NCBI GenBank assembly: GCA_965223735.1
Contig: OZ245010.1
Coordinates: forward strand, 276,924-340,923
DNA from: Candidatus Oxydemutatoraceae bacterium
GTDB lineage: Bacteria > Pseudomonadota > Gammaproteobacteria > Poriferisulfidales > Oxydemutatoraceae
Direction: 5' to 3'
Length of the DNA: 64,000 nt
Position numbers and translations under genes: made by a program. Numbering within the stretch: position 1 is the first letter of the stretch; each line of letters starts with the position of its first letter. Positions 29,001 to 38,211 of the stretch are shown piece after piece. Under the pieces are notes generated by a model that worked only from the letters and a program-made list of their open reading frames with translations, was not told where the DNA came from and did not search any database.

Positions 29001-29550
29001 CCGACGGGCCGACGGGCGGATAGAAGTCTATGATCGAGCCGCGCACGGCATATTCGCCGTGCACGGTGACTTGGGAGACTGGAGTGTAGCAGTTTTCGGC
29101 GAGTTTTCGGCGGAAGTCTTCTCGGTCGAGCGCATCGCCGACTTTCAGAGAAAATGCGGCGTCGCGTATGAACTCGGGAGGCACGACGTATTGCAGCAAA
29201 GTGTCCGCGGCGACGACGCAGATACCGGTGTCGAGGTCGGGCAGGCGGCGCAATGTGTCGATGCGTTTTGTGGTGATCTCCTCACGCGGGGAAAAAAGAT
29301 CGTAGGGCAGCGTTTCCCAGTCGGGCAGGGCAAACACCTCGACCCGGCCTTGCGCGAAGAAGCGCAGTTCGGTCTTGAGCCGGCGCGCGGCTGTCATGTC
29401 GGGCGCGATCAGCAGCGCCGGGATCTGGTTTTCGGCGACCGTACGCACCACGACCTCGGCCTGCGCGCAGGCATACAGTCGTCCCCAACGGCGGACGCGC
29501 CGGTCTTTGCCCGTGGGCAGAGACAGGCTGTGTACGGGCTTTTCAGCCAT
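26074..29550 (-). CDS. mfd: Transcription-repair coupling factor Mfd
   Basis: About 1160 aa with a UvrB-homology N-terminus, the RNAP-interacting domain, superfamily-2 helicase motifs (GDVGFGKTEIAMRAAF, DEEQRFGV, TATPIPRTL) and the TRG motif. The start was taken at MAEKPVHSL (29550) rather than the ORF-track 29586. Confidence 0.9.
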   Translation of the reverse strand: MAEKPVHSLSLPTGKDRRVRRWGRLYACAQAEVVVRTVAENQIPALLIAPDMTAARRLKTELRFFAQGRVEVFALPDWETLPYDLFSPREEITTKRIDTLRRLPDLDTGICVVAADTLLQYVVPPEFIRDAAFSLKVGDALDREDFRRKLAENCYTPVSQVTVHGEYAVRGSIIDFYPPVGPSGDDLPVRVDLLDNCIESLRSFSPDDQTSIKRMDAVLIQPAREFALSEEAVRDFRRRFRTAIEDTDTRLYHDVSNGVIPSGIEYYLPLFFDQMATLFDYLPDHSVIFFPDGLTDHIAEHRRLIVQRHEQAQLDHDRPLLPPARLFLSEQLLNRQMRRFRNVEIQSFEDTSGNTRDGRTRLLPALFMQENAKQPLMNFRRFLNGFDGRVLIAARSPGYRQQLGETLRKAGIHAHDVNGWREFRAATEPLCICVGDIHTGAEFEHRRLAVVSDSQILGRKGDPARRSSRRRTPDADAIIHNLSDLTLGCPVVHEEHGVGRYHGLERLEVGGTPFEFLVMEYAGDDKLYVPISSLHLLTRYTGGDTDVAPLHQLGDERWQKAKRKAAQKAFDVAAELLDTQARREAARGVAFTIEESEYLEFADKFPYEETADQLKAMDEIRDDMARRRPMDRIVCGDVGFGKTEIAMRAAFNAVYNNYQVAVLVPTTLLATQHFESFTSRFADWPVRIEMLSRFISRSNQQSILASLADGTADIVIGTHRLLMQDLSCKRLGLIVIDEEQRFGVRHKERLKSLTAGSDVLTLTATPIPRTLNMSLSGLRDLSLITTPPPDRRAIRTFVSEWSNALVSEVCQRELHRGGQVYFVHNRIEDIEEMTGRLKKLLPGMNIRFAHGRMRERDLETVMLDFYRRRFDMLVCTTIIESGIDVPSANSIIVNEADRFGLAQLHQLRGRVGRSHYQAYAYLTLSGPHALLPNDARKRLEAIESLEELGTGFTLAAHDLEIRGAGDLLGEGQSGHIHEIGFAMYNDLLKRAVETLRSGKIPDMNKPLNIVTEVDLGEPALIPEDYVPDVNLRLVLYRRIAAAASDAELTDLRHEMIDRFGAMPNYASNLFSNAEIRLKCFALGIRKLEVSSKSGSLHFGDRPQIDPTHLIALVRNEPKTYRFDGGNKFMFDTAISTDIGERREMVLELLGRIGYREVA

Positions 29551-29753
29551 CGCTTGCGGTTTATGATACCGCCCTGTCGAGAGCACGGGGCTTACGCCCG
29601 CTCGGGGAGGAACGTGGAAAGTGAAAGACCGCGTGGTGTATTCAGTTATTGAGGCCTCGGGACTGTCGGCCGGCTTTTATGTCGCGCGGTGCAGCGGGAT
29701 CTCCCGGAGAGGCATTCCGCTTTGACGCCGCCTGCAATGGACGGCTTCAAAGA

Positions 29754-31028
29754 TCACGAGAACATATCGGTGGTGACATTCTTGAACCAGCTGTAGGCGT
29801 ACTGCGCCTCGCGCTGCTTCATCGCCGGGGAGGCGTCTGCCGGCGATAAGCCGCCCGCCACTTTTTCTATCTTGCTTTTGTCCGCCGCGAGACGGTAAAC
29901 CGCCGCGACCGATATGCCGTATTCCGGCGCCGCGATGCTGTAACAGGTGTTGACGTAGGACGGCGTGCCGATCGGTTTGCCGTTCAGTAGCGAGACCACC
30001 GCTGCGGCACACACCTTGGCTTCCGAGTTCGCGGCGTAACCCGATTTCGGCAGGCCTGTCGCGATGCTCGCGTCGCCGACGATATGGATGCCCGGATGTC
30101 GCGTGGACTCGAAGGAATCAAGGTGCACCGGGCACCAGCCGCTGTCGTCGGCGACACCGGCCGCGTGCGCGATATGACCCGCCTTTTGCGGGGGGATTAC
30201 ATTCACGACGTCGCCCTTGATGTCTTCGATCTCAGTTGACACGAGGTTTTCTTTCGGGGACACGCCGACCACACCGCCGCCGGTGTCGGAACCCGAACGC
30301 CACTCGATCATACCGTCGTACAACTCTTTCCACGCCTGCGTGAACAAGCCTTGCTTGGAGAATTTGTCTTTGGCATCGACGACCATGATCTTGGACTTCG
30401 GTTTATGGTTTTTGAGGTAATGGGCGATCTGGCAGACTCTTTCGTAAGGGCCGGGCGGGCAGCGGAAGGGATTTGCTGGCGGGGCGACGATCACTAGGCC
30501 GCCGTCGTCCATCGCCTTGAGTTGGTCAAACAGCAGGGTGGTCTGGGCGCCGGCTTTATAGGCGTGAGGCATGACCCCTGCCGCTTTTTCACCATAGCCT
30601 TCAATCGCGCCCCAGTGAAAATCGATGCCGGGGGAGAGCACCAGTCGATCGTAGGCAAACTTGTCGCCGCCTGCGGTGGCGACTGTCTTTTTGGCCACAT
30701 CCACCCCCATCGCTTTGTCGTGCACGACGTTGACGCCGTGAGCGGCAAGCCCTTCGTAGTCAAATTTCAGCGTATTGACGTCGCGTTCGCCGCCGAACAC
30801 CTCGTTGCTCATGAAGCAGGTGTAATAGTGTTTGTCCGCTTCAATCAGGGTGACGTCGATGGATTTGTCGGCCATCTTGATGTATTTCGCGGCGATTGTC
30901 CCGCCGGCGCCGCCGCCGACGACAACCACTTTTCCGGAGGCGCCCGACGCGATGTACGGACAAGCAAAGCCGACCGCGGTCGAAGCACCTGCGGCTTTCA
31001 GAAAATTGCGTCTGTTTAATTTGATCAT
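29754..31028 (-). CDS. fccB: Flavocytochrome c sulfide dehydrogenase, flavoprotein subunit (FccB/SoxF-like), Tat-exported
   Basis: [19 protein letters not shown] is a Tat motif, followed by the FAD Rossmann motif [10 protein letters not shown]. 424 aa and colinear with FCSD flavoproteins. Confidence 0.82.
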   Translation of the reverse strand: MIKLNRRNFLKAAGASTAVGFACPYIASGASGKVVVVGGGAGGTIAAKYIKMADKSIDVTLIEADKHYYTCFMSNEVFGGERDVNTLKFDYEGLAAHGVNVVHDKAMGVDVAKKTVATAGGDKFAYDRLVLSPGIDFHWGAIEGYGEKAAGVMPHAYKAGAQTTLLFDQLKAMDDGGLVIVAPPANPFRCPPGPYERVCQIAHYLKNHKPKSKIMVVDAKDKFSKQGLFTQAWKELYDGMIEWRSGSDTGGGVVGVSPKENLVSTEIEDIKGDVVNVIPPQKAGHIAHAAGVADDSGWCPVHLDSFESTRHPGIHIVGDASIATGLPKSGYAANSEAKVCAAAVVSLLNGKPIGTPSYVNTCYSIAAPEYGISVAAVYRLAADKSKIEKVAGGLSPADASPAMKQREAQYAYSWFKNVTTDMFS

Positions 31029-31045
31029 TGCTTGTACCTCCGGGC

Positions 31046-31723
31046 TTATTTGGCGCTGCCGTAGTAGTGGATCAAGCTTTCAACGCCTTCTTCACTGTGT
31101 TCTTTGTGCAACTCCTTGAGTTTGGTGCGCATCTTCTTCGGCATTTCCCTTTTGCCGTCGAAGTAATCCTGCAGGGTATAGCGCAGGTAGGGCATCCATT
31201 GCCCGGCGAGTATGCCGACGTCATCTACCGGTGAGCTTCCGCCGTCCTCGTGGCATTTTTCGCACTTCGCCTTGTGCAGTTTCTTGCCCTGTGAGGAGCG
31301 GTCGGCATCGACCTGCTGGCGGACGGCTTGCGGTTCCTGGGCCGCGAAGTAATCTGCAATGGCCTCGATCTCTTCAATCGTGTAGCCCGTCGCAATGCGC
31401 GACATGATGGTGCTGTAGCGGCTGAACGCGAGTACGTCTTCGTAGGCCTCGCCGCGCTCGTCGATGATTTTCTTCAAAGCATCGGGATCGTCGTGGAACT
31501 TGAATGAGAGCATCGCGCCGATCAGGTAGTTGCGTGTGAATCCCGCAATCGAGGGGATTGCCGGGCCTGCGCTGATGCCCCGCGTGCCGTGGCAGGCGAC
31601 ACAGGTGTTTACCAGCATCTCGGTTGTCGCCATTTTCGTGTTTTTACCCTGAGTCGCCGCGTTGCCTGTACACAGCACGGCGATGACCAACAGTGCGCCG
31701 AGTAGTACTGGTCTTTTAAGCAT
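31046..31723 (-). CDS. fccA: Flavocytochrome c sulfide dehydrogenase dihaem cytochrome c subunit (FccA)
   Basis: It has a signal peptide and two CxxCH haem sites (CVACH, CEKCH), 225 aa, immediately upstream of fccB. Confidence 0.78.
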   Translation of the reverse strand: MLKRPVLLGALLVIAVLCTGNAATQGKNTKMATTEMLVNTCVACHGTRGISAGPAIPSIAGFTRNYLIGAMLSFKFHDDPDALKKIIDERGEAYEDVLAFSRYSTIMSRIATGYTIEEIEAIADYFAAQEPQAVRQQVDADRSSQGKKLHKAKCEKCHEDGGSSPVDDVGILAGQWMPYLRYTLQDYFDGKREMPKKMRTKLKELHKEHSEEGVESLIHYYGSAK

Positions 31724-31801
31724 GTGTTCTCCTGAGGTGCATAACGCCTGACCGTGTTGGCACGTTGTTTGTGCCGAGGGTATCCAGAGAATATATCATA
31801 A

Positions 31802-31819
31802 CCCGGCGTCCCCGCCGGG
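31802..31819 (-). terminator. Candidate intrinsic terminator hairpin between the NapC-like gene and fccA
   Basis: CCCGGCG-TCCC-CGCCGGG is a perfect 7-bp GC stem. On the reverse strand it is followed by a U-containing tract (TTATGATATATT). The run is not a clean U-tract, so this is weak. Confidence 0.3.
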
Positions 31820-31843
31820 CGTGGTCCGACGAGTGGGGGCGGC

Positions 31844-32371
31844 TTACGGTTCAATCGGTTCCTTGTGCGCGACGCCGTGGTGGCACTCGATGCAGGTACG
31901 GCCTTCCTTGATCGCCCGCCGGTGCTTTCTGCGCGCGGTGCGCGTTTGTTCTGCAAGGTCCATCGCTTCGGCCGTGTGGCAGTTGCGGCACTCGCGCGAG
32001 TCGCTGGCTTCCATCTTTGCCCATACCCGGTTGGCCATGGTCCAACGGTGTGCTTCAAACTTTTCCTTGGTGTCAATGGTGCCCGCGATTTCGTGCCACA
32101 CGTCCTTTGCGGCGAGTAACTTGGCATGCAGTTTCGGGAGGATCGGATGCGGCACGTGACAGTCGCGGCATTTCGCTCGCACGCCGGACGGGTTGGAATA
32201 ATGCATCGACTCCATCCACTCGGCCTTGACCCATTGCATTGAATGGCAGGAAGTGCAGAACTCGGTGCTGTTCGTTGTTTCAAGCGCGGCGGAGAAACCG
32301 GCCGCGGCGACAAAACCGGCGGCGACCAGTGCGGCGGCGGCGATAATGCTGAGGTTTACACGGTTTTTCAT
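31844..32371 (-). CDS. NapC/NirT/NrfH-family membrane-anchored tetrahaem cytochrome c (quinol dehydrogenase-like)
   Basis: It has an N-terminal TM anchor and then four CxxCH sites (CTSCH, CRDCH, CRNCH, CIECH) in 175 aa. Confidence 0.8.
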   Translation of the reverse strand: MKNRVNLSIIAAAALVAAGFVAAAGFSAALETTNSTEFCTSCHSMQWVKAEWMESMHYSNPSGVRAKCRDCHVPHPILPKLHAKLLAAKDVWHEIAGTIDTKEKFEAHRWTMANRVWAKMEASDSRECRNCHTAEAMDLAEQTRTARRKHRRAIKEGRTCIECHHGVAHKEPIEP

Positions 32372-32513
32372 ATCGGTTTCTGGATTTTTGTCGGGTCAAG
32401 TTTATACAGCGGCGGTTCGGGAGCCGCGGTTCATTCAACCGGCAGAGTGCCGGGTATTATACTTGTCCGCCTGTATTCCCGGTTCATATTCTCCGACGAC
32501 ATACGCTTTTAGA

Positions 32514-33218
32514 ATGCACGCAACTTCGAGCGCCGACATTGAACCTCCCGCGGTTCTTGAGGCCCGTCATCTCGGGCTGGAGCGGGGTGGTCGCTGCCTG
32601 TGCGGGCGCCTGACGTTTACCGCCTGTGCGGGCGAGCGGCTTGAGATCATCGGCGCGAACGGCACCGGTAAAACTTCTTTGTTGCGGGTGCTGGTGGGGC
32701 TGTCCGAGGTTTACTCGGGCGACATTCTGTGGCGGGGGCGCCCTCGGCGCGAAGTGCGCGAGCGGTATGTCCGTGAACTGACTTACGTCGCGCACAAGAC
32801 CGGCTTCAAGTCGACGTTGAGCGCGCGCGAAAACCTGCGGTTCTACGCTGGCCTGAAAACCACGGCGAACCGGAGAGATGGCGTCGCCGTCCGCGAAACC
32901 GACGACCGGATCGGGCGCGCGCTGGACCGGTTCGGCCTCGCCGACCTGGCTGATGCGCCGTGCAGTGCTTTGTCCGAAGGCCAGCGCCGACGCGCCGTGC
33001 TCGCACGCCTGCCGGTCGAGCGCACCGTCATCTGGTTGCTCGACGAACCCGCGGCGATGCTCGATCGGCAAGGCGTGGCAACGCTGGAAGCGCTGCTGAC
33101 CGAGCACGCGGCGCGCGGCGGTGTCGCAGTCGTCGCAACCCACCAGCCACTCGGCGCGGCAGATGGAGTACGTCGTCTTGAATTGCCGTTGGGCGGGTCG
33201 CCCGGCGCGCCGTGTTGA
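32514..33218 (+). CDS. ccmA: Haem exporter ATP-binding protein CcmA
   Basis: Walker A GANGTGKTSLL, the signature LSEGQRRR and Walker B WLLDEP are present. The start was set at ATG 32514; the ORF-track start at 32226 would overlap the opposite-strand cytochrome gene. Confidence 0.85.
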   Translation: MHATSSADIEPPAVLEARHLGLERGGRCLCGRLTFTACAGERLEIIGANGTGKTSLLRVLVGLSEVYSGDILWRGRPRREVRERYVRELTYVAHKTGFKSTLSARENLRFYAGLKTTANRRDGVAVRETDDRIGRALDRFGLADLADAPCSALSEGQRRRAVLARLPVERTVIWLLDEPAAMLDRQGVATLEALLTEHAARGGVAVVATHQPLGAADGVRRLELPLGGSPGAPC

Positions 33219-33880
33219 ACAGCGCGTTCAGTCTGTTGAGGCGGGATCTGCTCGCGGCGGCGCGTTGCCGCTCGGCGTGGGTCGAGCCGTTCGTGTTCTT
33301 CATCGTCATCATGGTGCTGTTTCCATTGGCGGTCGAGACAGAGCAGGAGTTGGTCGCGCGCGCGGCGCCCGCGTTCATCTGGGTTTCAGTGCTGCTCGCG
33401 AACTTTCTGGCGCTCGAGCGCCTGTTGCGGCCGGATCTTGACGACGGTTCACTTGAGCAGTTGCTGGTTGCACCTCAGCCGCTGGCGCTGGCGATGCTGT
33501 TCAAGGTATTCGCGCACTGGCTGACCGTCTGCCTGCCGCTGGTCATACTCGCACCGCTTTGTGCGGTGCTGCTGTTTCTGCCCGCGGAGGCTGTGTGGGT
33601 GACACTGACGGCGCTCGCGATCGGCACGCTGACCGTCAATTTGATCGGCGCTGCCGGCGCCGCGTTGGTGGTGACGTTGCACCGCAGCAGTTTGCTGAGC
33701 GGCCTGCTGGTCATTCCGTTTTATATCCCGACGCTGGTTTTTGGCGCTCATGCAACCGCCGCCGCGGCCGTCGGGCTGTCCGCGCAAGGGCAGCTCGCAA
33801 TGCTCGGCGCCATGCTAATATTGGCGTTGATTCTCACGCCGTTTGCCGCCGCCGCCGCGTTGCGCGTGACATTGGACTGA
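33212..33880 (+). CDS. ccmB: Haem exporter permease CcmB
   Basis: 222-aa polytopic protein, colinear with CcmB (FxxLERLLRPDLDDGSLEQLL). Confidence 0.88.
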   Translation: MLNSAFSLLRRDLLAAARCRSAWVEPFVFFIVIMVLFPLAVETEQELVARAAPAFIWVSVLLANFLALERLLRPDLDDGSLEQLLVAPQPLALAMLFKVFAHWLTVCLPLVILAPLCAVLLFLPAEAVWVTLTALAIGTLTVNLIGAAGAALVVTLHRSSLLSGLLVIPFYIPTLVFGAHATAAAAVGLSAQGQLAMLGAMLILALILTPFAAAAALRVTLD

Positions 33881-33919
33881 CCGGGAGAAAAGTGAATTAC
33901 ATGCTGAAGAGTATTTTTT

Positions 33920-34648
33920 ATGTTCTTGTTACTTAAGGGTTTATCTTCTCCAGAATGCGCATATCACTGGATCGGCAGGCTGTTGCCTTGGGCGCTTTGG
34001 AGCGGTTTCACGCTGCTCGCCGCCGGCCTGTTCTGGGGGCTTTACCTCGCGCCGCCGGATTATCAGCAGGGCGAGGCCTACCGTATCATCTACATGCACG
34101 TGCCGGCGGCCTGGATGTCTTTGTTCATTTACATGGTGATGGCGGCAGCGGGGTTGGTTGCATTGGTGTGGCGCGTGAAACTCGCGGAAATACTGTGCAC
34201 CGAGAGCGCGCCGATCGGCGCGTCGTTGACCGCGCTCGCCCTGGTTACCGGCATGTTGTGGGGCCGGCCGATGTGGGGAGCATATTGGGTGTGGGATGCG
34301 CGGCTGACCTCTGAATTGATCCTGCTGTTTTTGTATTTCGGCGTCATCGCACTGCATTCAGCCATCGCCGATCCGCGCAAAGCAGCACGTGCCGCGGGTC
34401 TGCTGGCCCTGCTCGGCGCCGTCAACGTCCCGATCATTCACTATTCGGTCGTGTGGTGGAGCACCCTGCACCAGGGGCCGACCGTCACCCGCTTTGACGC
34501 ACCGGCGGCACACTCGAGCATCCTGTTGCCGCTGCTGTTCATGGCGAGCGTGTTTGTGCTGCTCTACGCGGGCGCGTTGCTCGCGCGCGTTCGCAACGCC
34601 CTGATCGTGCGCAATTATGACAGCCGCTGGCTTACGGAGAGCGAATGA
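33920..34648 (+). CDS. ccmC: Haem exporter protein CcmC
   Basis: The Trp-rich WD motif WGxxWxWDxRLT is present as WGAYWVWDARLTSE. The two conserved His loops are present. Confidence 0.9.
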   Translation: MFLLLKGLSSPECAYHWIGRLLPWALWSGFTLLAAGLFWGLYLAPPDYQQGEAYRIIYMHVPAAWMSLFIYMVMAAAGLVALVWRVKLAEILCTESAPIGASLTALALVTGMLWGRPMWGAYWVWDARLTSELILLFLYFGVIALHSAIADPRKAARAAGLLALLGAVNVPIIHYSVVWWSTLHQGPTVTRFDAPAAHSSILLPLLFMASVFVLLYAGALLARVRNALIVRNYDSRWLTESE

Positions 34649-34800
34649 AAACCGTGATGGAATGGCTGGCGATGGGAGGCTACGCTTGGTACGTCTGGCC
34701 GTCCTACGCGGCCGGTCTGCTCATTCTGGTGCTGAATGCCTGGTTGCCCCTGCGCTATCATCGCCAACTGCTCAACCGTCGCACGCGCGACGGGAGATAG
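34645..34800 (+). CDS. ccmD: Haem exporter protein CcmD (51 aa; below the ORF-track length cutoff)
   Basis: The ATG overlaps the ccmC stop (ATGA at 34645-34648). The translation is MKTVMEWLAMGGYAWYVWPSYAAGLLILVLNAWLPLRYHRQLLNRRTRDGR, a single TM helix typical of CcmD between ccmC and ccmE. Confidence 0.8.
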   Translation: MKTVMEWLAMGGYAWYVWPSYAAGLLILVLNAWLPLRYHRQLLNRRTRDGR

Positions 34801-34821
34801 GCATTCTGCGGGGGAGAAAGG

Positions 34822-35277
34822 ATGTCGCCGAGACAAAAACAAAGGCTGGTTTTCATCATCATCGTGCTCACCGGTTTTGCCGCAGCGACGGTGCTGGTGC
34901 TGTATTCGCTCGAGCAGAACCTGCTTTACTTTTATACGCCGAGCCAGGTCGTGCGCGGAGAAGCGCCCGACCGTCGCGCCGTGAACATCGGCGGGATTGT
35001 CGTCGCGGGCAGCGTGCGCCATGACCAGAACAGCGCGGCGGTTCACTTTGACCTGACCGATACCGCCGAGACGGTCTCGCTCGTTTATCACGGTCTGCTG
35101 CCCGATCTGTTCCGCGAGGGGCAGGGCATCGTCGCCACCGGCCGGGTTCGCGCCGACGGCGTGTTTGCTGCCGACCGGGTGCTCGCGAAACACGACGAGA
35201 ATTACATGCCGCCTGAAGTTGTCGAAGCGCTCAGGCGGGCGGGCAGCCCCGTCGGTATTCCGCCGCGCGCACTGTAG
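34822..35277 (+). CDS. ccmE: Cytochrome c-type biogenesis haem chaperone CcmE
   Basis: It has an N-terminal TM segment and an OB fold. The haem-binding His is in DENYMPPE (the motif is xHDENY). Confidence 0.9.
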   Translation: MSPRQKQRLVFIIIVLTGFAAATVLVLYSLEQNLLYFYTPSQVVRGEAPDRRAVNIGGIVVAGSVRHDQNSAAVHFDLTDTAETVSLVYHGLLPDLFREGQGIVATGRVRADGVFAADRVLAKHDENYMPPEVVEALRRAGSPVGIPPRAL

Positions 35278-37223
35278 TGATTCCCGAACTCGGCCATTTT
35301 GCGCTGACGCTCGCGCTGGCGGTTGCGTTGTTGCAGACGGTGCTGCCGCTGGTCGGCCTGCGCACCGCCAACGCTGCGTTGATGCGTTTCGCCGCACCCG
35401 CCGCGCGGGTGCAGGGCGCTCTGGTGCTGCTCAGTTACGTCTGCCTGAGTTATGCCTTTGCAGTTGACGATTTCAGCGTCCGCTACGTTGCCAATCATTC
35501 CAATTCACTGCTGCCGATGCACTACAAGTTGTCGGCGGTGTGGGGGGCGCACGAGGGATCCTTGTTGTTGTGGTTGCTGGTCCTGTCGCTCTGGACGGTC
35601 GCGGTTACGGTGTTCAGGCGCGGACTGCCAGGCCCGGTCGCCGCCGGCGTGATCGGCGTCATGGGGTTTATCAGCGCCGGGTTCTTGTCGTTCACGGTCA
35701 GCGTATCCAATCCGTTCGAGCGCATTTTTCCGGCGGCGCTCGAGGGACGCGACCTGAACCCGTTGCTGCAGGACCCGGGACTGGTCATCCACCCGCCGAT
35801 GCTGTACATGGGCTACGTCGGCTTCGCCGTCGCGTTCGCGTTCGCGATCACCGCTCTGCTCGACGGGCGTCTCGACGTCCGCTGGGCGCGATGGTCGAGG
35901 CCCTGGACATTGAGCGCGTGGGTGTTTCTGACGCTCGGCATCACGCTCGGCAGTTGGTGGGCATATCACGAACTCGGGTGGGGTGGCTGGTGGTTTTGGG
36001 ATCCGGTCGAGAATGCGTCATTCATGCCATGGCTGGTCGGTACCGCGCTGATCCATTCGCTCGCGGTCAGCGAGAAGCGTGATACTTTCAAGAGTTGGAC
36101 AATCCTGCTCGCGATCCTCGCTTTCTCGCTCAGCCTGCTCGGCACTTTTCTGGTGCGTTCGGGAGTTCTGGTTTCGGTTCACGCGTTTGCTTCGGACCCG
36201 GCGCGCGGCGTGTTCATTCTGGCTTTTCTCGGCGTCGTCGTCGGTTTTTCGCTGGCACTTTACGCGCAACGCGCGGCACGGATTGAAAGCCGCGGCACTT
36301 TCGCCTTGGTATCACGCGAAAATTTTCTGCTGATCAACAATGTGCTGTTGTTGGTCAGCGCCGCGACGATTTTGATCGCAACCTTGTATCCGCTGTTCCT
36401 TGATGCGTTGGGACTCGACAAGATCTCGGTGGGGCCGCCGTATTTCTTTGCCGTATTTGTGCCGCTGGCTTTACCGCTGGTATTTCTTGCCGGCGTCGGG
36501 CCGTTTCTGCAGTGGCGGCGGGCGGACGCCACACGCATATCGCGCGTCGCGCGATACGCGCTGCCCGCCGCGCTCGCGGTCGGCGTCGGCGCGCCGTTGC
36601 TCGCGGGCAAGGTGCTGTCGCCGTTGACTTCTGTCGGCATCGCCGTCGGCGCGTGGACCTTGTTCGCGACCGCGTGGGGTCTGTTGCGCCACGCCCGGGT
36701 GCAGCGTCCGCCGGCGTCGCTGTGGGGCATGACCTGCGCGCACGTTGGCCTCGGTATTTTCGTGATCGGCGTCGCTTTCAATGAAACCTACAGCATGGAG
36801 CGTGAAGTCCGGGTGGACAACGGCGATTCAGTTGAACTCGCGGGTTATGAATTCCTTTTCAAAGGCGTCGGGCGGGTACAGGGGGTCAATTACACGGCGG
36901 AAAGAGGCCGCATTGAAGTGTCTAGGCAGGGGCGGGCGGTGGCGACGCTGTTTCCGCAGAAGCGCACCTATACCGTGCAGACCAATCCGATGACCGAAGC
37001 CGCGATCCATGCCACCGCGCTGCGCGACCTGTATGTTGCGCTAGGCGAGCCGGCTGGCGGTAAACGTGGCCTGCGCATCTATTACCGCCCGCTAATACGC
37101 TGGATCTGGCTCGGTGCGCTGTTGATCGCGCTCGGCGGCGCGATTGCCGCCGCCGACCGACGCTACCGCGCGCACGCGGCGCCGGGTGCTTTGAAAACGG
37201 CCGCCGCGGGCGTAGGCCGATGA
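35277..37223 (+). CDS. ccmF: Cytochrome c haem lyase subunit CcmF
   Basis: 648-aa polytopic protein with the WD motif WWFWDPVENASFMPWL and conserved His residues. Confidence 0.92.
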   Translation: MIPELGHFALTLALAVALLQTVLPLVGLRTANAALMRFAAPAARVQGALVLLSYVCLSYAFAVDDFSVRYVANHSNSLLPMHYKLSAVWGAHEGSLLLWLLVLSLWTVAVTVFRRGLPGPVAAGVIGVMGFISAGFLSFTVSVSNPFERIFPAALEGRDLNPLLQDPGLVIHPPMLYMGYVGFAVAFAFAITALLDGRLDVRWARWSRPWTLSAWVFLTLGITLGSWWAYHELGWGGWWFWDPVENASFMPWLVGTALIHSLAVSEKRDTFKSWTILLAILAFSLSLLGTFLVRSGVLVSVHAFASDPARGVFILAFLGVVVGFSLALYAQRAARIESRGTFALVSRENFLLINNVLLLVSAATILIATLYPLFLDALGLDKISVGPPYFFAVFVPLALPLVFLAGVGPFLQWRRADATRISRVARYALPAALAVGVGAPLLAGKVLSPLTSVGIAVGAWTLFATAWGLLRHARVQRPPASLWGMTCAHVGLGIFVIGVAFNETYSMEREVRVDNGDSVELAGYEFLFKGVGRVQGVNYTAERGRIEVSRQGRAVATLFPQKRTYTVQTNPMTEAAIHATALRDLYVALGEPAGGKRGLRIYYRPLIRWIWLGALLIALGGAIAAADRRYRAHAAPGALKTAAAGVGR

Positions 37224-37232
37224 ACCGGGTGA

Positions 37233-37796
37233 TTGGGGTTTGAAATGAAGCCTGCGATCATTCCGCTGCTGCTGTTCAGTGCTTTGGTGGCTTTTCTCGC
37301 GGTCGGCCTGACGCTCGACCCCTCGCGCGTGCCCTCGCCGTTGATCGGGCGTCCGGCGCCGGCATTTTCCGCCGAGCGGCTGTCGCAGCCGGGCGTTTTC
37401 GTCAATGAAAAAGATTTTCTTCTGAAGCCGGCGCTGTTTAACGTCTGGGCGACTTGGTGCAGTGCCTGTCTCGACGAACACCCGTTGCTGATGGATCTCG
37501 CGCGGCGCCGCGGTGTGCCGGTTTACGGGCTGAACTATAAAGACGACCGGCGTGCGGCTCTCGGCTGGCTTGAACAGTTCGGCAATCCGTACCGTTGGGT
37601 GGCGTACGACGGGGACGCGCGCGTCGGCATCGAATGGGGGGTATATGGCGCTCCGGAAACCTATCTGATCTCGGCCGACGGCGTTGTTCTCTACAAGCAT
37701 ATCGGCGCGCTCAACGAGACGATCGTCGAGCAGGAGATCCTGCCTTTGCTCAAACGCAAGTCGCGGAGGGGTGCTGATGCCGGCGGTGATGCGTAA
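37233..37796 (+). CDS. ccmG: Thiol:disulfide interchange protein CcmG/DsbE
   Basis: It has a TM anchor and the thioredoxin fold with WCSAC and the GVYGAPETYLI motif. Confidence 0.9.
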   Translation: MGFEMKPAIIPLLLFSALVAFLAVGLTLDPSRVPSPLIGRPAPAFSAERLSQPGVFVNEKDFLLKPALFNVWATWCSACLDEHPLLMDLARRRGVPVYGLNYKDDRRAALGWLEQFGNPYRWVAYDGDARVGIEWGVYGAPETYLISADGVVLYKHIGALNETIVEQEILPLLKRKSRRGADAGGDA

Positions 37797-38211
37797 CTGG
37801 GTTGTGGCCGCGGTGCTCGCGATCGGTCCGGCGCTCGCGGCGATGCCGGAGGCGCAGGAGGCGCGCTATCTGGCGCTGCTCGAACAGTTGCGCTGCCTAG
37901 TCTGCCAGAACCAGACGCTCGCCGAGTCCGGCGCCGACCTTGCAGGTGATCTGCGGCGCCAAGTGTTGGAGATGATTGAAAACGGTTCGAGCGATGAACA
38001 GATACTGTCGTTCATGACCGATCGTTACGGTGATTTTGTGCTGTATCGTCCGCCGTTCAAGCCACGAACCTTTCTGTTGTGGGCGGCGCCGCTGCTGTTG
38101 CTGATTGCATTCCTGGCCGCATTGCTCGGATATGTTGCAGCGCGTGCGCAGCGGGCTGCCGGAATACCGCCTGAGGCGTCGTCCGGAGAACCGCCGGGAG
38201 AGGGCGAATGA
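37775..38211 (+). CDS. ccmH: Cytochrome c-type biogenesis protein CcmH
   Basis: It has a signal peptide, the LRCLVCQNQ (LRCxxC) motif and a C-terminal TM segment. The start was moved to ATG 37775, overlapping the ccmG end. Confidence 0.85.

Noticed and set aside
32226-32513. N-terminal extension of the ccmA ORF
   Set aside because: It overlaps the NapC/NirT-like cytochrome gene on the other strand and encodes low-complexity Ala/Thr/Ser sequence. CcmA homology starts at ATG 32514.
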